A stretch of 64,000 bases of DNA from Camelus dromedarius (Eukaryota): assembly GCF_036321535.1 (NCBI RefSeq), contig NC_087437.1, forward strand, positions 54,128,001-54,192,000, given 5' to 3'. Positions 37,880-52,900 of the stretch are shown piece by piece. The stretch's first letter is position 1, and every line of letters starts with the position of its first letter. The notes under the pieces are model-generated. The model searched no databases, had not been told where the DNA came from, and worked only from the letters and a program-made list of their open reading frames with translations. A program made the position numbers and the translations under genes.

Positions 37880-38950
37880 AAATTCACTGAACACCAGGCA
37901 CTATGTTCCACTGTCCATTGGAATTTTCTTCTAGTAGGAAGAAACAGATAAAAAGCTGGCTAGTAAACATGTACAGTTGTTTTTGTGGTAGTAAATGCTA
38001 AAAAGCAGGTAAAAAGCAGGGAAGAGGGATGAGGCATGTGTGAAGGGGAAGAATGCTCAGTGCTGGTGTACCGTCACTGAGCAGGTTACACTAAAGACTG
38101 GGAAGAGGTGAAGAAGAGAACCGCTTGAATAGGCAGGGTGGAGGCATCAGACAGAGGGTACCAGCATCACGGCCCTGTGCCAGGGTGTCCCTTTGTGTTT
38201 GAGGAACAGCATGGAGGCTGGTGTAGCTGGAGCAGAGTGAAGGAGGGCAGAGCAGTGGGAGAGGAGGACAGAGAGGAAAGGGCAGTATGTCATATACACC
38301 CCATGGGTTATTAGGGAAGTTCCTATGACTCTGGAAAGCCACTGAGAATTTGGACAGAATCTAAAGTTTATTTTCACAGAATCCCTCTGGCTGCTCCATT
38401 GAGATGGGCAGGGTGGGAGCATCGAGACTGTTTAGGAGGCTGTTATAATAATCCTGGAGAGAGACAATGGTGGCTTGGACTAGGAAATGGTGAGGAGCAT
38501 TTGAATTCTGTCTGTACTTTTAAGGCAGAGCCAATAGTGTTGGTGGTAATTTGGATGTGGGTTGTGGAGAAATGGGAGTCAAGCATGACTCCAAGTTCTT
38601 TGGTTCGAGCAACTGTAACAGATGGAATTGTTATTCACCAGACAAGGAAAGTCTGCAGGTGGAGTAGATTTGAAGGACTGAGGTGCCCATCAGGAACTCT
38701 AACTTGGAGGTGTCCAATAAGAGAAGCCAGATACACAGGCAAATGGTGATGACTGAAGAAGCAGCTGGGTTTTGGAGTCTGAAGTTCTAGGGAGAGATCC
38801 AAGCTAAAGATAAACATTTAGGAGCTGTCACTGTTAAGATTTTATTAAAACTGTGAAACTGAATAAGATCCCCAGAGAACTGAGCATGAACAAGAAGAGG
38901 TCCAGCCATTGAGCCTTGGGACACACTCTGGTCAGAAGTTCACTGGCCGA
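37880..38950 (-). mobile_element. L2 LINE fragment
   Basis: gaggaacagcatggaggctggtgtagctggagcagagtga...ctctggctgc...ggaggctgttataataatcc...ttaaggcagagccaa. Confidence 0.7.
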
Positions 38951-39749
38951 GGATGTAGGAGTGGCCAGGGAGGTAGGGGAAATCTTTTCTGGTATCTTTT
39001 CTGTGAAATTCTAACAAAACTTGTCTATGTTCTCCAACTCTTGGTTTCTGTCTCCTGGATGAAGGCAGACTGCAGGCATCTTTAGAGCGAGACTCACATC
39101 ACTTCTGCCCCCTCCACAGTACTGGGCATCTAGGAGCCCTTTGGTTAAAACTTGGCTGGTTGTCTTACAACTGAATCACAGATGATCGGGTATAAGGGAC
39201 TCAAGCAATCCTCTGGCTCTATGATTTCCCAGCTGTATTCTTTAGAGCAAGTCAGAGTTCTTTTCTTTCATCATTGGGAAGCTTATGAAACTGTGACCTC
39301 TCCTTTCCTAGAAGGGCCAATGAAAGCAGCTAAGCATCCTGGCATTCAGTGGCCTCACCCTTTCTTCTAAGAAATAGTTGAGATTTTCATCAGCCCTTAG
39401 TCATTTCAGAAAGCTCCAAGTGCTTGGATCTAGTCAAGAAAATCCACAGTTCAGAGGGGTTAAGGAGAAACATGCTGTTTTCGGAGACTCTGGCCCCGTT
39501 TTGGGTTGATTTGAGAAGGCAAGACCCTGCCCCCGGCCACATTCACTCCTCTAGGACCAACTAAAGGCCTGTGATCCTAGACAGGCTCCTGAAGATCTTC
39601 TAGTCCAGCTGCCTCCTGGAAAGATGAGGAACGTGGGCCTAGAAAAGCCCTAGTATCTTGTTCAAAATCACATATCAAGTGTGTTGGATCCAAGACTAAA
39701 AGCCAGGTCACAACTTGAAACTTTCTGCTCAGATTCAGATTCAACTAAA

Positions 39750-39985
39750 TGTTATTAGCATTTACTATATGCCTGGAAACATGCCAGATGCTTTCACATG
39801 TTATCAGCCTTAGTCCTCACCGCCGCCTCTGAGACGGATCCTACTACCCACCTTTTACAGATGCCAGCACTGATGCTCAGACAAGAAAGGGACGCGTCCA
39901 GGGTCACAGGGCTTGCATGTTGGAAGAGTGGGCTCCGAGCCCATGCCTGTTTGACTTGGGGTCCAGTGCTCACACCTGCTGCCTT
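39750..39985 (-). mobile_element. MIR SINE
   Basis: agcatttactatatgcctgg...cccaccttttacagatg...ccagggtcacag. Confidence 0.7.
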
Positions 39986-40089
39986 CCTCAGCAGGTCTCG
40001 TCTCCTAGGACAAGCGACTGCCCCTGAGACCCTGCCTTCCTTCCAATAAATGACACCTCTCCAGCTTGGTGCATTAGTGAGTGACATGA

Positions 40090-40335
40090 CTTTGAGTCCA
40101 GAACGTGGACTCTGGAACCAGACTGTCCAGGTCTGAAGCAAGACTCTGCCACTTATTAGCCACACAACTTTGGGTGGTGGAACTTCCCTAAGCCCCAGTT
40201 TCCTCATCTACAAAATGGGAACAATGATATGCTTATCCCCAGGGAGTAAGGATTAAGTAATAGAATATATGCAAATCACTTAGCACAATGTCTGACACAT
40301 ATAGCAGATGTGCAGTAAGTGTTATATGTAATGAA
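40090..40335 (+). mobile_element. MIR SINE
   Basis: ggactctggaaccagactgtccagg...ctctgccacttattagc...ccccagtttcctcatctacaaaatggga...cacttagcacaatgtctgacacata. Confidence 0.85.
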
Positions 40336-43300
40336 TATTTAACAATGGCTGACTTTTTAAAAACCCTGGAGCTGTTTTGAAATACACTGTCCAATGCTTC
40401 AAAATTCACTTCTGGAAGATGTCCAGGTAGGGAAGCCAACACCAAATTCCTGACCTGACACGTTTTAGTAGTTTCAGCAGTGGGCTCTGTGTCAATCACG
40501 GTTTAATTAGAAAAGAGAAACCCCACAAGTGATAGCAAATTATAAGAATTCCATACACAACTGATAGAAGATCTTATACAGCTGATATAAGGCCAAAGGT
40601 GTATCATGATGATAAGTCCTAACAACTCTTTGAAATACCTATGAAAAGTCATGAACAGTAAGTATGCATGTATGTGTATGGAAAAAACACTGAAAGGAAA
40701 CTCACCAAATGTTCCCAGCGGATATTTCAGAGTGATGGGGTACGGAGAGGTTTTATTTTTGCTTTCATGTGTTTGTTTTTTAATCTTGTATCCTAAACAA
40801 ATAAGAAATGACCTAATTGTTAATATTTGCTATTCATTTATTTCTTACTTTAACTAATATCATTTTTCTCTAAGAAACAACTTAAGGTAGTGTACTGGAA
40901 ACACTTATGATTATAAAGATAATTACAGGGAAGAGACAAGATAAAAGGAGTTAGAATGGATATAGATGGGGATGCAGGGCAGATAGTCACTTATTTCAGT
41001 CAGTAAATGTAATCCCCTGGATTCTGGGAGTCATGAACAGAAGACATTCTCATATCCAAGTGAGAGCTTAAGAAAAGAAATTTCCAGTGTAGTGGTGTCA
41101 TGGAACAAGCACTCAGCTAGGGTGTCGGTGTGTCTGGGCTGGTGTCCTGGCCCATCTCAGGAACTGACTGGGTCTCACAGCCCTTGTGACTCTCTTTTCT
41201 CCTCTTTAAAGTGAGAGCCCTCTGCATAATAATAGTCCTCCTATTGTGTCTGCATGTTTCAGTGGCTGGAGCCTAAGGTCGCTGGCAAAGGGAGGAGCTG
41301 GGGGTGTGGTGGGTGGGTGCCGGGTGATCACTATAGTGGGGAAGGAGGTGCAGCTTCTCCTGCTCACTGTCACCCTGGCAACCCTGAGAAGAGAGAGGCA
41401 AACTGAAGATAAGAAGCTTGAGGACCTTTGAACACTTTTGGTGAAGCATGTTTAGACCAGAATTTGATATTCTAGATAGGATCAAAGAATTTCAGGCCTG
41501 GAAATGTTAAAGGTTATGTAGTCCAACTTCCCGTTTGGTAGATGGAGACACTGAAACCCACAAAGTCAAATCACTTGTCTAAGACCACACAGAGCCTGGA
41601 GAGAAACAGGGACTTTGTACTCCTAGCTGAGTGCACGAGCCACCATACCATGATTTCTCCCAAGTGCCACCCATGGTTGATTTTATGATGCTGATAATGA
41701 CTGGGAGAAGTTGAGAGAGGGGAGGAAGGGCCCTTTAATCTTACCCTCATTTGGTAGGAACTGGAAAATTTCCCCCATGGGTAGGCACGCTAAATTGATT
41801 TTTTTCTCAAGATCCTGGACTGCCCACGGCAGCAGACCCAGCTTCTGAACAGTAATCATCAGTTCTCTCCCCAGAGTTCAGGAGGTGATCCAGGTGGTGA
41901 CCACACAGTCCAGACTGTGCTAGACAAAGCTCTTGGGCAGTGCTGCTGGCTTGCCATGTGCTCAGTATCTGGTCCCTCCTCCTGATAACAGGTACAAATC
42001 TGCCTAAATTTGCTCCTGGATCTCAACAGAAGCCTCAGAACCTGTCACTGTGCCCAGAAAACCTTCCTACCAGTTAACTTGCACATAGCTGGCCACTCAG
42101 CTAAGACAAGTCATGAGCCAAGAAAAACCAAGACGAGTGTGGTCTCGATAGACAGGATTTTATTACTGTCATTAGTCAGGTAACCGTGGGCCAGCGAATT
42201 TTTAAAGCAATCTTAAACTATACTCCTTTCCCTTGATTCCCAGACACTGTGCAGAGAAAGAGGGATAAGAATATAACCTTTTCAAAGCTCCTTTTTTCTT
42301 AGTCCTTTTAGTAACTCCATGGGCTCAACTCTAGAGTCTAGAGACTTAATCTCAAAAGATTATTGTGTGGGAAGAGGCAGTAAGATGTAGTAAAAATCCC
42401 ACTGAGCCTGAAGTTAGAAAAGTGATGATGTCTTGACGCTTCTGTCTGTCAGGTGTATGACCTCTGGACAAGGCATTTCACCTTCTGGCCCTGCTTTCCC
42501 CCCAAAACTGGGGTAATACTCATACTCGTCCTTTCAAACTCTGCTGTGCTGTTCAGAGGATCAACATAGTGGTTATAAAAGCCTTTGGACGTTATTGTTT
42601 CATTAAGTATAGTCCTAGTATCAGTTTTCAATGGCATTAGGTCTCTGCACAAAATGAAATTGGTCTCTGGGTATCAAATGCATGTACATATTTCTGAATG
42701 GATTGCAAAAAGAAGGTAGAAGGAGCAAAAAAATAAAAATACGAGTCATACTTTTCCTGGAAAGCTCTATTTAATCCTCTTCTTGAGGTAAAAAAAATCC
42801 CAGCCACACTGGAGGGAAGAGAACACGGCTTCTCTTTGATGTCACCGCTCACCCAATGGCCAGTATCACTTCCCTTTTTTTCATCAACAGATTCAAAACA
42901 CTGCTGTTTGGGCTTCTCTGGTGACCATGTTAAATGTTTTAATCCCCTGTGAACATGTATCACCACCTAAATGACCAAAAGGAAGACAGAGGCAAAGGAA
43001 GAGGAGAGAGAGAGAGAAGGGCATATTCTTTGGAAGGAGGTTCGTTCATGAGACTTACATTTTAGTTTAGAGCCAAGTAGCTTTCTTCAAACAGAGAAGA
43101 TCACAGCAACCTCAGACAGGAGCAGGCAGGAGCCAGAGCGTGAGTGAGCCCTGCTCTCCAGCTGGTGGTGTTACCACCCCTTTGTGGTTCCTGAGAGAGA
43201 ACAGTGGAGTGAGCCAGACCTTAATACCCTGCCTTGCATTGACAAGCATGGACCTGGCCTTTCAGGTAGACTCCTTCTAAGGATGGGCTGCTCTCCTTGG

Positions 43301-45863
43301 TCTTGGGCTCCAGCTGAAGACAGGGTGAGTCCTGTAAAGACCACGAGCTTGTCTTGATGCCCACAGACCAAGCCCCCAGGTCTCCCGGCATTGAACCATG
43401 CTACTCCTTCATCCAACCAGCAAATCAACGCCACCCCAAGGTGAGTTGTGGGAATCAGAAAACTGAGGGGAGTGTAGGGCCAGCTAAAGAGCCCAAAAAG
43501 AGAGTTAGGGCAGGAAACCTCTGTAGTGGCTCCTGTACCATGCCATTCTTTATCTTCTGAGTCACTCTCCACACCCCACCATGGAAACTGAGACTCAATT
43601 GCCTTACCAGATCTGGACAGACGCTGCAAACGGATGGCCTCTGGATGGCTATGGCAATTTGACATGGTGTTGTCCCTGTTACATTTCAGATCTTCTTGTG
43701 CACTTTTTCTCAAGGGGTCAGTTCTCCGCGGGATCAAGGAAAGGCCAGCCTGGTATAAGACAAAGCCAGCGATCATTAGCCAGAGTTGGGCCTTGAGCAA
43801 TGCATGTGCAATTATACTAATCAGTTGATTGATGCAGGTTCAGTTGGGAAATACTACATTTTAAGGAAGTGCAACCTTTTAACTTCTGGGTTGGAGCAGG
43901 CAGCATGCCAAGGGAAGGAGGACTGGATTAAGCTAAAGAACAATTCTTGGAGCCATGGGTACTGAGCTGGGTACAAACCAAGCCAGGTCCAGGGATTCTC
44001 GGAGGATCCAGGGAGAAGTGGGCAGGCAGGTAATTGTCAGGTAGCGTAGTGATTACCGGCAAGGTGATCTAGCCCTCTCCGGCGTGCCAAGTCCTGGTTT
44101 GGGCATGTCAGTTACCTCTGCTGAACTTTTTTTCACAATGCTGTCATTCATATTTAATCAAAATTTATAACTCCATGGCTCAGAACCCTGGAATATTGGT
44201 GTCTTTAGTAAAAGACTCTTTTAGCCCATGTGCGGAGTTGGCCTTTTTCTCTTCCTTGTCGGGGTTGAACAACTCATTTCTTTTTTAGAGTATGATAAAA
44301 CCCATCACCCACATTCCAGAGTCAGCCTGACAAGACTAGGTAGAACCAGAAAATCATACACGTCGGCTCAGAAGGACTTTAGAGATCACTCTATACCTGA
44401 ATGTCCAACATGATACCCCTCACAAAGAGTCCACCGTACTCCTTTGATATCTCCAGGCGGGGAGCTTTCTGCCTCCCAAGGTGACCCATTCCATGGCTGA
44501 TCAGATTTAGAAGATGGATGGTTTAGACCTGGACTTATTCATTGGTTCAAGTATAGGAAATAATTTATCACTGCAAGCTAGCACTCACCAACTATATTTG
44601 GGGCTGTATGTGGTGGGTAACCTCAACGGCTACAGATAGGATCCAGGGCCACAGACTCTACCCCAGATCCCAACCCATATGTGAGTCCTTGGTCAGCAGA
44701 GTGAACAGGAAGATACTGTGTGCTGTGCTAAGTGCATGTCTATTGCCAGGACTAGAGAAATATTTACAAATGACCATCTTAGGTGTTGACGATAAAGCTT
44801 GTGTGAAAATCCTTCCTTGGTCACAGGGGAAAAATGATCTGATCTTCTTTAATTTTTAGCTTTTAAGAAAACATGAACTTCGGGTCAATAGCACACTTTT
44901 TCAAACACGAGTTGGACAGTTTATGCCTCCTACCTGCTTAGTCATTTCTACAGATTGTCTTTCTCTTGAACCTATACCTAAGTCAGAAAATCATAGATTT
45001 GGTTACCTAATGCAGTTTTAGAACTGGAAGTTTCCCAGATAAAATTTTATCTGATTTCCTGGTCTTAAAACTAGGCTACTGAGGCCCAGAGAGAGGAGGC
45101 AACTGACCCAAGGTCACAGAGCCCTTTTGAGATGGAGTACAGGACTACGTCTCTGGTCTCCCTACCTCCTGTTCTTCATTATCAACAGTAGCCTGCTGAG
45201 TGTGGACAAAGGGTGATGGTCTTTCCAGTGTGCTTTGGAACAGGCACTCTAGAAAGTCTTATGGGCTAGAGGAATGAGCCAGCCTCTTCTGGCTCCCCCT
45301 GGGGCAACCTCATGGAGGAAGAATTGCTAACATGCCTTTTAAAATACCAATACAACAATAAACAACAACGACAAAAATACACTGCAAACACCATCGAATT
45401 GTATCTGCAGCAAATACATCAAAATGAGCCCCATCATAAGAATTGCAAGTTATTGAGCATCTCCTATGTTCCAGGCACTTTATATAACTTATTAGATCTA
45501 ATCTTCCCAATGACCCTGTGAGGTTGCTTTTACTATGGTTCTTTTTCATGTGAATAAAGTGAGGCTCAGAAGACACTTGGCCAATGTGTCAGTATCCAGT
45601 TTTAGGGCCATATTCCTGGCACCAAAGTCTGTGCTATTTTCACTATAGCCACCACCTTCTCTGGATGATCTCAGACCCACTCTTGTGCCCACCTAGCAAT
45701 AAGCCCCTAACGTTTTATCTGGCTGATGCTGGTGTGAAATAAACTCGAGGGCTTTTTTTTTAATTTCTTGACTATTCAACTAAGTTATCTTATCAGACAA
45801 TTTGGAAAGTATCTCTCCTTTTTATGAATGTGTTCTTTTATTTAAGGCATCTCATAAGGCAAA

Positions 45864-45990
45864 GGGGGAGGATAGCTCAAGTGGTAGAGTACATGCTTAG
45901 CATGCACAAGGTCCTGGGTTCAATCCCCAGTATCTCCTCCAAATGTAAATAAATAAATAAATCTAATTACTTTTCCCTCAAAAAGAAAAC
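45864..45990 (+). mobile_element. tRNA-derived SINE (Vic-1-like)
   Basis: GGGGGAGGATAGCTCAAGTGGTAGAG...GGGTTCAATCCCCAG with a (TAAA)n tail and a short GGCAAA flank duplication. Confidence 0.9.
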
Positions 45991-47709
45991 AGGGCAAATT
46001 GAGACCCTAGCATTGGGTGGTAAGTTGTAATATTTGATACATAAACATAAATAAATAGAAATAATTACATTCTGAAAATATTTATTCAGTAGTCATAATT
46101 TTGAAAGCTGTTATTTGTACTAAAACATGTTTATATTAAACGACTACCTGCAAAATGTAAAACCAGAATTTTATTTTTGCAGAAGAGTTAGATCCAACAT
46201 CTAGTTGTAAATTCTTTTTAAATGAATTATTTTTATTTAAGGTATATACTTTTAAAATATATATTTTGATGTTTTAAATAGAAAAGAAATACAGGGATTA
46301 AATCAGCATTTGCCTGAATAAAGAAATATCTACTTTCAAGGTAGAGTAACATTTAAATATTAAAAATAGATCATAGCGTCTGATAGGTGCAATGGTCTGG
46401 CAGAGTGAAAGACAATGTTAGTGTGTGGCTTTGGCAGGATGATATTCTGTGCCTCTTAAAAGTCTTGGGTTAAAGTCCCCAAACAGGGAACATCATGATC
46501 CACTTGGAGGTCTGCCACAGAGGACAACTGTCTGGCAGTTGAGAGAAGCCAGCTCCTGGCTGACAGGAGAACTGTCATCTTAGGAATGAAGCCGTTATCT
46601 AAGATGCAAGCTGTATGACATACTCTTATTTCATACCCAAGTGATATGTAAGCATCGTCTCTTCCTTCTAAAATTCATTAGGGTTGCTGCCGTTCCAATA
46701 TACAAGCCACTGGAATCAAGGATAGCAGTACAATGACAATAACTAATGACTAAGTGAGTGCTTCTTACCAGCCAGGCACTGCTTTATACCCTTTACAGGT
46801 ATTAACTCTTTGGTCTTCACAGCAACTCAGTGAAAAGGGAAATTGTGATTATCTCCACTTTCCTATATGCCCAAATTTGCAGAGCTGTTACACGAGGGAG
46901 ACTTTGTTCAGAGTGGGGCAGTGACCCTGAGATCCTGGGGTCTCCCTCCACAGTGCTGCCCTGCCTCCGGGGAGCCATGGCCAGTGAGTAGGCCTCCCCT
47001 CTCTTCAGGCAGCAGCCCAGGCAGCGAAGGTGCAGTCGGCTGTGGTAAGTATTTGTGCAGAACCTTCGTGGTTTCTGCCGCCTGGATGTCACCATCTTCC
47101 TTACCAGACAGAGCTTCCTATTTTGATGGGTGAGTCATCAGTGACTGTTCACCATCTTCGGCTGCGTTTCCTCTATAAGGAGCCACTCCTGCCTGTTCAA
47201 CACTAGACTTACCTTACTGGTCACCTCTGAATGTTTTGTTGTCCGTTTTCTGAGCTTGAATTATGTTTACTCTGCTAGTGTCTGCTTCTTCTCAGACTTG
47301 AAAAACACCAGTCATTTCTCATCTTACAAAACGTAAGCACCCGAGGACTAAAACTCATGTCTGACTTATTCTTTATATCATCTCCCCAGTGTACAGCAGC
47401 CTTTGAATAAATGCTGAAAGAATAGTGATGAGTAATCCATGTTGAAAGAGGGAGTGAATAACTCCCCTCTGAGAACTTTCTAGACTCAGCATTCCCCTGA
47501 CATCTGCTCTAGTGCAGATTCGTTCAGTCATTAACTTTGCAAATATCCCTTGAGCAGCCACTACCTGAAAGAGAACACGAAGTCCTGTGCACAGAGTATT
47601 CACGCTTGAAGACACACACTTTCTTGATTCATCCGTTTGTTCATTCACTCAATTAACAAACATTTACTGAGTATTTCCTATGCTAAGAGTATGCAGTAAG
47701 CGGGGGCAT

Positions 47710-47932
47710 GGGTGCTAAGAACCATGGATTTGGACTGGAGATTCCTTGTTTCCATCTTGACTCCCCTACTTCATAGCTGTGTACTTGGGCAACTTTCTGA
47801 ACCATTCTGCATCCTTGTTTCCTTATTTGCAAAATGAAAGAGATACCAGTATCAACATCCTCAGTTAGCTGTGAGGATTAAAGGAGATCGCACACATTAA
47901 GTGCTCAGTAAATCTCAGCTATTAGCTATTAT
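47710..47932 (+). mobile_element. MIR SINE
   Basis: tagctgtgtacttgggcaac...gtttccttatttgcaaaatg...tgtgaggattaaa...taagtgctcagtaaat. Confidence 0.75.
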
Positions 47933-49799
47933 CATTTCCCGGATAAGTGAAACAAAGAGGAATTAGATATAATCCTTCTCAAGGAACTGACAAATTCATC
48001 AGAATATAAATTTTTAGAATATGAGAAACATGTGAAGTTGCTAGGGGTGCTCAGTTTAAGTAGAAATGAGGGAAAACCAGAGGCAGCACCCTTCCTGGAG
48101 GAGGCTGTATGTAAGCGGTTTTGGACATGTGGCCGTGTCGGGGGAAAGGCATCCCAGGAGGTGGAAACAGCCCAACAAACACACAGAGGTACCAAAGAAC
48201 AAGCCCGTATCCTGGGCTCCTGAGTCACTTGGCGATCAATTTGGCCACACTACTAGAGACATGGGGGGATAGAGAAAAAGACAGTCTTAGAGAAAAGGAA
48301 ACATCTTGGGGAGGATCTTGAAAACTGGTGAGTGAATTTGGATTCCATTCTACGTTTAGAATGGGTGTGTGTCTGTGGATTTAGGTGCATCATTCATTAA
48401 TTTCACTTCTGCTTTTGACTGCCAATGGGTATGGTCCTCTGCATTCAAACCTCTTAGATTTTAAGTGATTTACTCCTTCATGTTTGGGAAATTTGACCAC
48501 CTCCCAATGTGCGCTAACATCCTTCATGTCACCCGAGGGACTCAGTAGCGCCTTGAAGTGAACCGTGTCGAGGATGAGGAAATCCACACGGACAGGTAAG
48601 ATAACCTGTCTGTGTCAAGAACAGGTACTTGGATGGGCTGGGATGTGAACGCCATGGCTTCCAATTCCAAGACTTTGTTTCCTGAGGTGGGAAGTGCAAA
48701 TACACTGCAAGATGGAAGCCAAGGCCATGTTGCCTGGGTGGCAAAGAAGAGAAATTCTGATGACAGGGCCCTTCAGCTGGGGATTCCTGCTGCCGCCGCT
48801 GGCTGCTTGCTTCTGCTGTGATTTGCAGCAGTAAATGCTGTGCAAAATGAAATCAGCTACAGCTATTTCCCTGCTCTCCTGGCCTGGCCTAGTGGTACGT
48901 CTCCTCTGGCCTCATCTTAAAGGGCTTCAACATAAATTGATACTGGCTGAACTCTGGGTTATTTATAATGGAAATCCAGCCTCTCATTCCTCCCATCCTC
49001 CACTAGAGAATTAGGCTCTTAATCTGAACCTTGGGGGAATCAGAGGCCCAGTTTGCTTTATTTAGCTTTCAGGACATTGTATTTTTTTTTTTCTATTATC
49101 ATTTTTCCTTTTCTGCAAAGAGCTCTAAGTTCCAGTGAAGATAAACATATCCTATGTCCCAACGTCTTGACCAGTTTAAGTAGCCTGCCTTCTTCTCCAA
49201 ATCCTATCATATTTCATGAAGTCGGACATTCTCCCTTCTTTCTTTCCTTAAGCAGTTGTATAAAAGGGAAGTCTGAATGAGAACCAACTTTTGAGCATAC
49301 CCCAGAAGCAATTTACTTAAGTAGTACACACACACACCCACACACACATACTAATTTCAGTGCATTTATCTGACAGTTTATCCAAGAGTTTGTGAGGTCC
49401 AAGGAGGAGGTTCTGTGACCATATGTTCTCTATTCTCCAAACGTGAACACTGTCTGCACATAGTAAGTGCCCAGTTATTTGCTGGTTAAAGAATCAGTTA
49501 GTAAGTGTGCAAGTGTCTCTCCACGTGAAGAAGTACAGAGCTGCCAGCTGTGGTCAGTTACAGTGGTTTTCTTTAGCTTGAATTTTTTATGGTTTTCTGA
49601 CTGTTGCCTATCCCTTGTGACACACACACACACACGTGCACACACAAGTTTATGTTTTAACGTTTCGCCTACATTCTATTGTGCTGGAGACCTTGACTGC
49701 AAGCCATGCAAGACATCTGGAAAGTTCTGTTTTAACAGAAGTGGTATAAAGTAATATTAAATACACCGTGGATATGTCTGAAAACTTCTTTAGCCTTTT

Positions 49800-49978
49800 T
49801 TACTTAACAGTTGTGTGACCTTAGTCAAGTTACTTAGATGCTTTGGACTTCAGTTTCCTCATCTGTAAAATGGAGACAATAATGATACTTACCTCTTGAT
49901 AATTAAATGAGATGATGAGGACTAGAATATTTAGTCTGATTTCTGGCACATATTATGTGCTCAATAAATGTTTGTTAA
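49800..49978 (+). mobile_element. MIR SINE
   Basis: tgtgtgaccttagtcaagttactta...ttcagtttcctcatctgtaaaatggagacaataat. Confidence 0.8.
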
Positions 49979-52900
49979 GATGACAACAGTGATGTTTTTC
50001 TTTTTTTTTTTTGTTTATGTGTAAGGATTGGCACAATGATACACGCATTTGTAAGCTACAAACCAACTTCCACTTTTTTGGTAAGATGTCAAATTGAAAA
50101 AGCCCAGTGAAATATTTTAATTATTCATGCACTTACTATCTGTAACTACCCATTTAATCAACATATTTGAGAAGGCCTACAGTCAAATAGTACAGATAAC
50201 ATCATCATTAACATTTGGATTACAAAAGCATGAGTTGTTTATTGAAACAAAATAGTTACATGGTCCTTCACAGACTTCCTGGTGCTCTTTCAAACGTTAT
50301 CTCCCCTAATCCTTAACTTTCACAATTCTTGTTAAGGAGGCATTATTACTTCACCTGTCTGAGGGGAGTAGATTACCTTGCTCTAGTTCTCACTGCTTAG
50401 TATGTGGTTAAGGAAATGTTTCAGAGCCCAGGATCACAGCACTGTCTGTCCTAGTAGAAAAGCTAAGACTCAATTACCCCTGGTCTGGACTGAAACCCCT
50501 GGCCAGAGCTGTGCTGAAGGGGCAATAAGGCAGTTACCAGCTCTGGCACTAGCTCTGATGTCAATCCCGGTCATACGACTTTCTAGCGGTGGGACCTGGG
50601 GCAAGTTAGACAGTTCTCTGAGCTTCAGTTGGCTAATCTCTAAGATTGGTCGGAATAATGACACTTCATCAATTTTTGTGAAGATTGAGACAGTGCTTAC
50701 TATGGAAACAGAAGTGTGGAGCACAGGGCACAGGATCCCTGGCTGTATGCAAGTCTGACTTTGTCTTGAATGGCCCTGAAGGCTTGAGAGTCTTGGCTAT
50801 CAGAAGGTGTGACTCAGAAAGGAGGAGTGTTTGCTGTGAGAGTGAGGCAAGGGGGTATGTCCAAACCGAGGAAGAGAGAAAGTGGGGGGATGGGGGTGCT
50901 TATAGAAAGAATAAGAGCCTGTGTCTCTCCACCCCACCAGACCCAGAGGCTACCCTGTGGGGTAGAGGGCAAGAATGGAATGACAATCAGGAGGTCCAAG
51001 TTCTAGACTTTCTGTTGTGAATTCAGTGTATGACCTTGGTCAGATCCCTCTCCTTTCTGGGCCTTAGCTTACCATCTGAAAAAAATGGACCTCAGGTAAT
51101 CTGATCTTTCCCCTTCAGTCTTGAAATTCTATCATAAATACCAGGGAATCAGTGTTTGGCTGGAGAAGAGCACAAAGGGTTGAAATCAGAAGTTGTAGGT
51201 GTGTCTGGTTCCTAAATGCTAACTGATTTGAAATATCGAGCATTTTACATTTTGTGTCCAAACAACTTTTTCCTCTTGATTGTCTTTAAACCCTCAGAAA
51301 ATAAAGGTCCTTATCCACTCTGATTCCATTTCACATCCGACATGTAGCAACAAACTGGGAAAAAATGTCAAAGGCAGGAAAGGGTTAGCTCACTAGCAAT
51401 TCTTAGCCATCATGTGATACGACAAGGAAACATGTTGGATCAAGATTCCCACCCACTTTAACGATCAAACCAGATCCAGATAATTGTGAGAATGTCTCTG
51501 GGGTGGACAGCGGGGCTCCTCTCAAAGCAAAGAGAGACCAGGGGAAGGGAGCTGCAGCAAGCAGGGGACAAGAGGGCAGGGCTGAGGGAAGGGAACGGAC
51601 GAGGAGGAGGAGGAGGGAGAGCAGGAGACAGGGGAGAAGGCACTGGCTCTCGGATGGCAATTCACAGGTTAGAAAGCACCTCAACAAAATCGTATCCCAT
51701 CTTTTCCCTCATAATCACCCTGTGCTTATCCTCTTTGGCAGAAGAGGAAACTAAAGCCCAAAGAACTGAAGTGACTGCCGAGGCCGTGTGGATTGATTTC
51801 ATTCCAGGGGGTTCTCGTTTGACAAATCCCTTTCTGTGTCGTATTAGAGGTTTGGCGGGGGGGGGGGTCTGTGGGTGGGATCTCCCCCACCATTCTGTGT
51901 GAGCACCTTAGGGACAAGACCTGGATTGCATTCAAGCCATTCTCCCCACAGAATCTGAGATTCAACACCTTGCACATAGTAGGTGTTCAGAAGATGTGTT
52001 GGTGGATGGATGAACAGAGCCCCAAGTATGGCTCCTGAAATTATATGTCATAAATCTGGCAAAAAACCAAAAAACAAAAAACAAACCCTACCCTGCTTCC
52101 ACTCTCTTGGTGAAGGGCAGGGCTCAGGTGAAATGTTCACCTAGACATGCCCACTCATCTTTTCAGGAATCGTCCTCAGGAATCCAGGTAATGGCAAGTA
52201 TTGAGCGGTTTGCACGGAGTTCTAATATTTGCTTTGAAAAATTCTCACACTGGTTATTTCATGCCATGAGGTGGTAAAGCTGGAATTGTCTGTGACTCAT
52301 ATCTTGCAGAAGGGAAGCCTGCGGTCTGGGGAACTTAAGCGGCTTGCTTGAGCTCAGCCTGTGTGGAGTGGCTGAGCCCAGATTTGAAATCTCTCAACGA
52401 GGCTCTGGGACCTGTTCCTAGTCCTCATTCTCTGTGGGTATATCTCTGACACCTCCTGATGTCTCAGCCAGAACAGGAATACTGCCTGCCCGAGCCCAAG
52501 CTATTTGATAATATTAATCCTTGGAGGATCAAGGTAATATGATGGCCTTACAATCTAAAGGAAGATCCCCACATCAGTACAGCCACTGTCAGGTGACACA
52601 GTCACATGGCACTTCTGTAAAATGAAGTTCTCCAAGAGGAAAGGGAAACACTGGTCACTGAAACTCCACATACTCTATGACTTGGTAGAAGTGGCCCCAT
52701 GATGGATGATTGGCGGGTGATGGAGTACAACTTCTGAGTTTTCAAGTCTCCTGAACTTTATCTAGTTGACTGCTAGCTCAGCCCTTCTGCAGTGCCCTGA
52801 AATTTGCCATACTTGGCAGTGATCTCAGAGGGACTTTTGACATCTTTTTGTCATCATCGTTTTCATACCTGAGGGGGAAAAGAACAATTTCCTAATTCAA

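Noticed and set aside
43171..43800. 209-aa minus-strand ORF
   Set aside because: Non-ATG start, no recognisable domain, no supporting exon structure. The length is compatible with chance in 64 kb.
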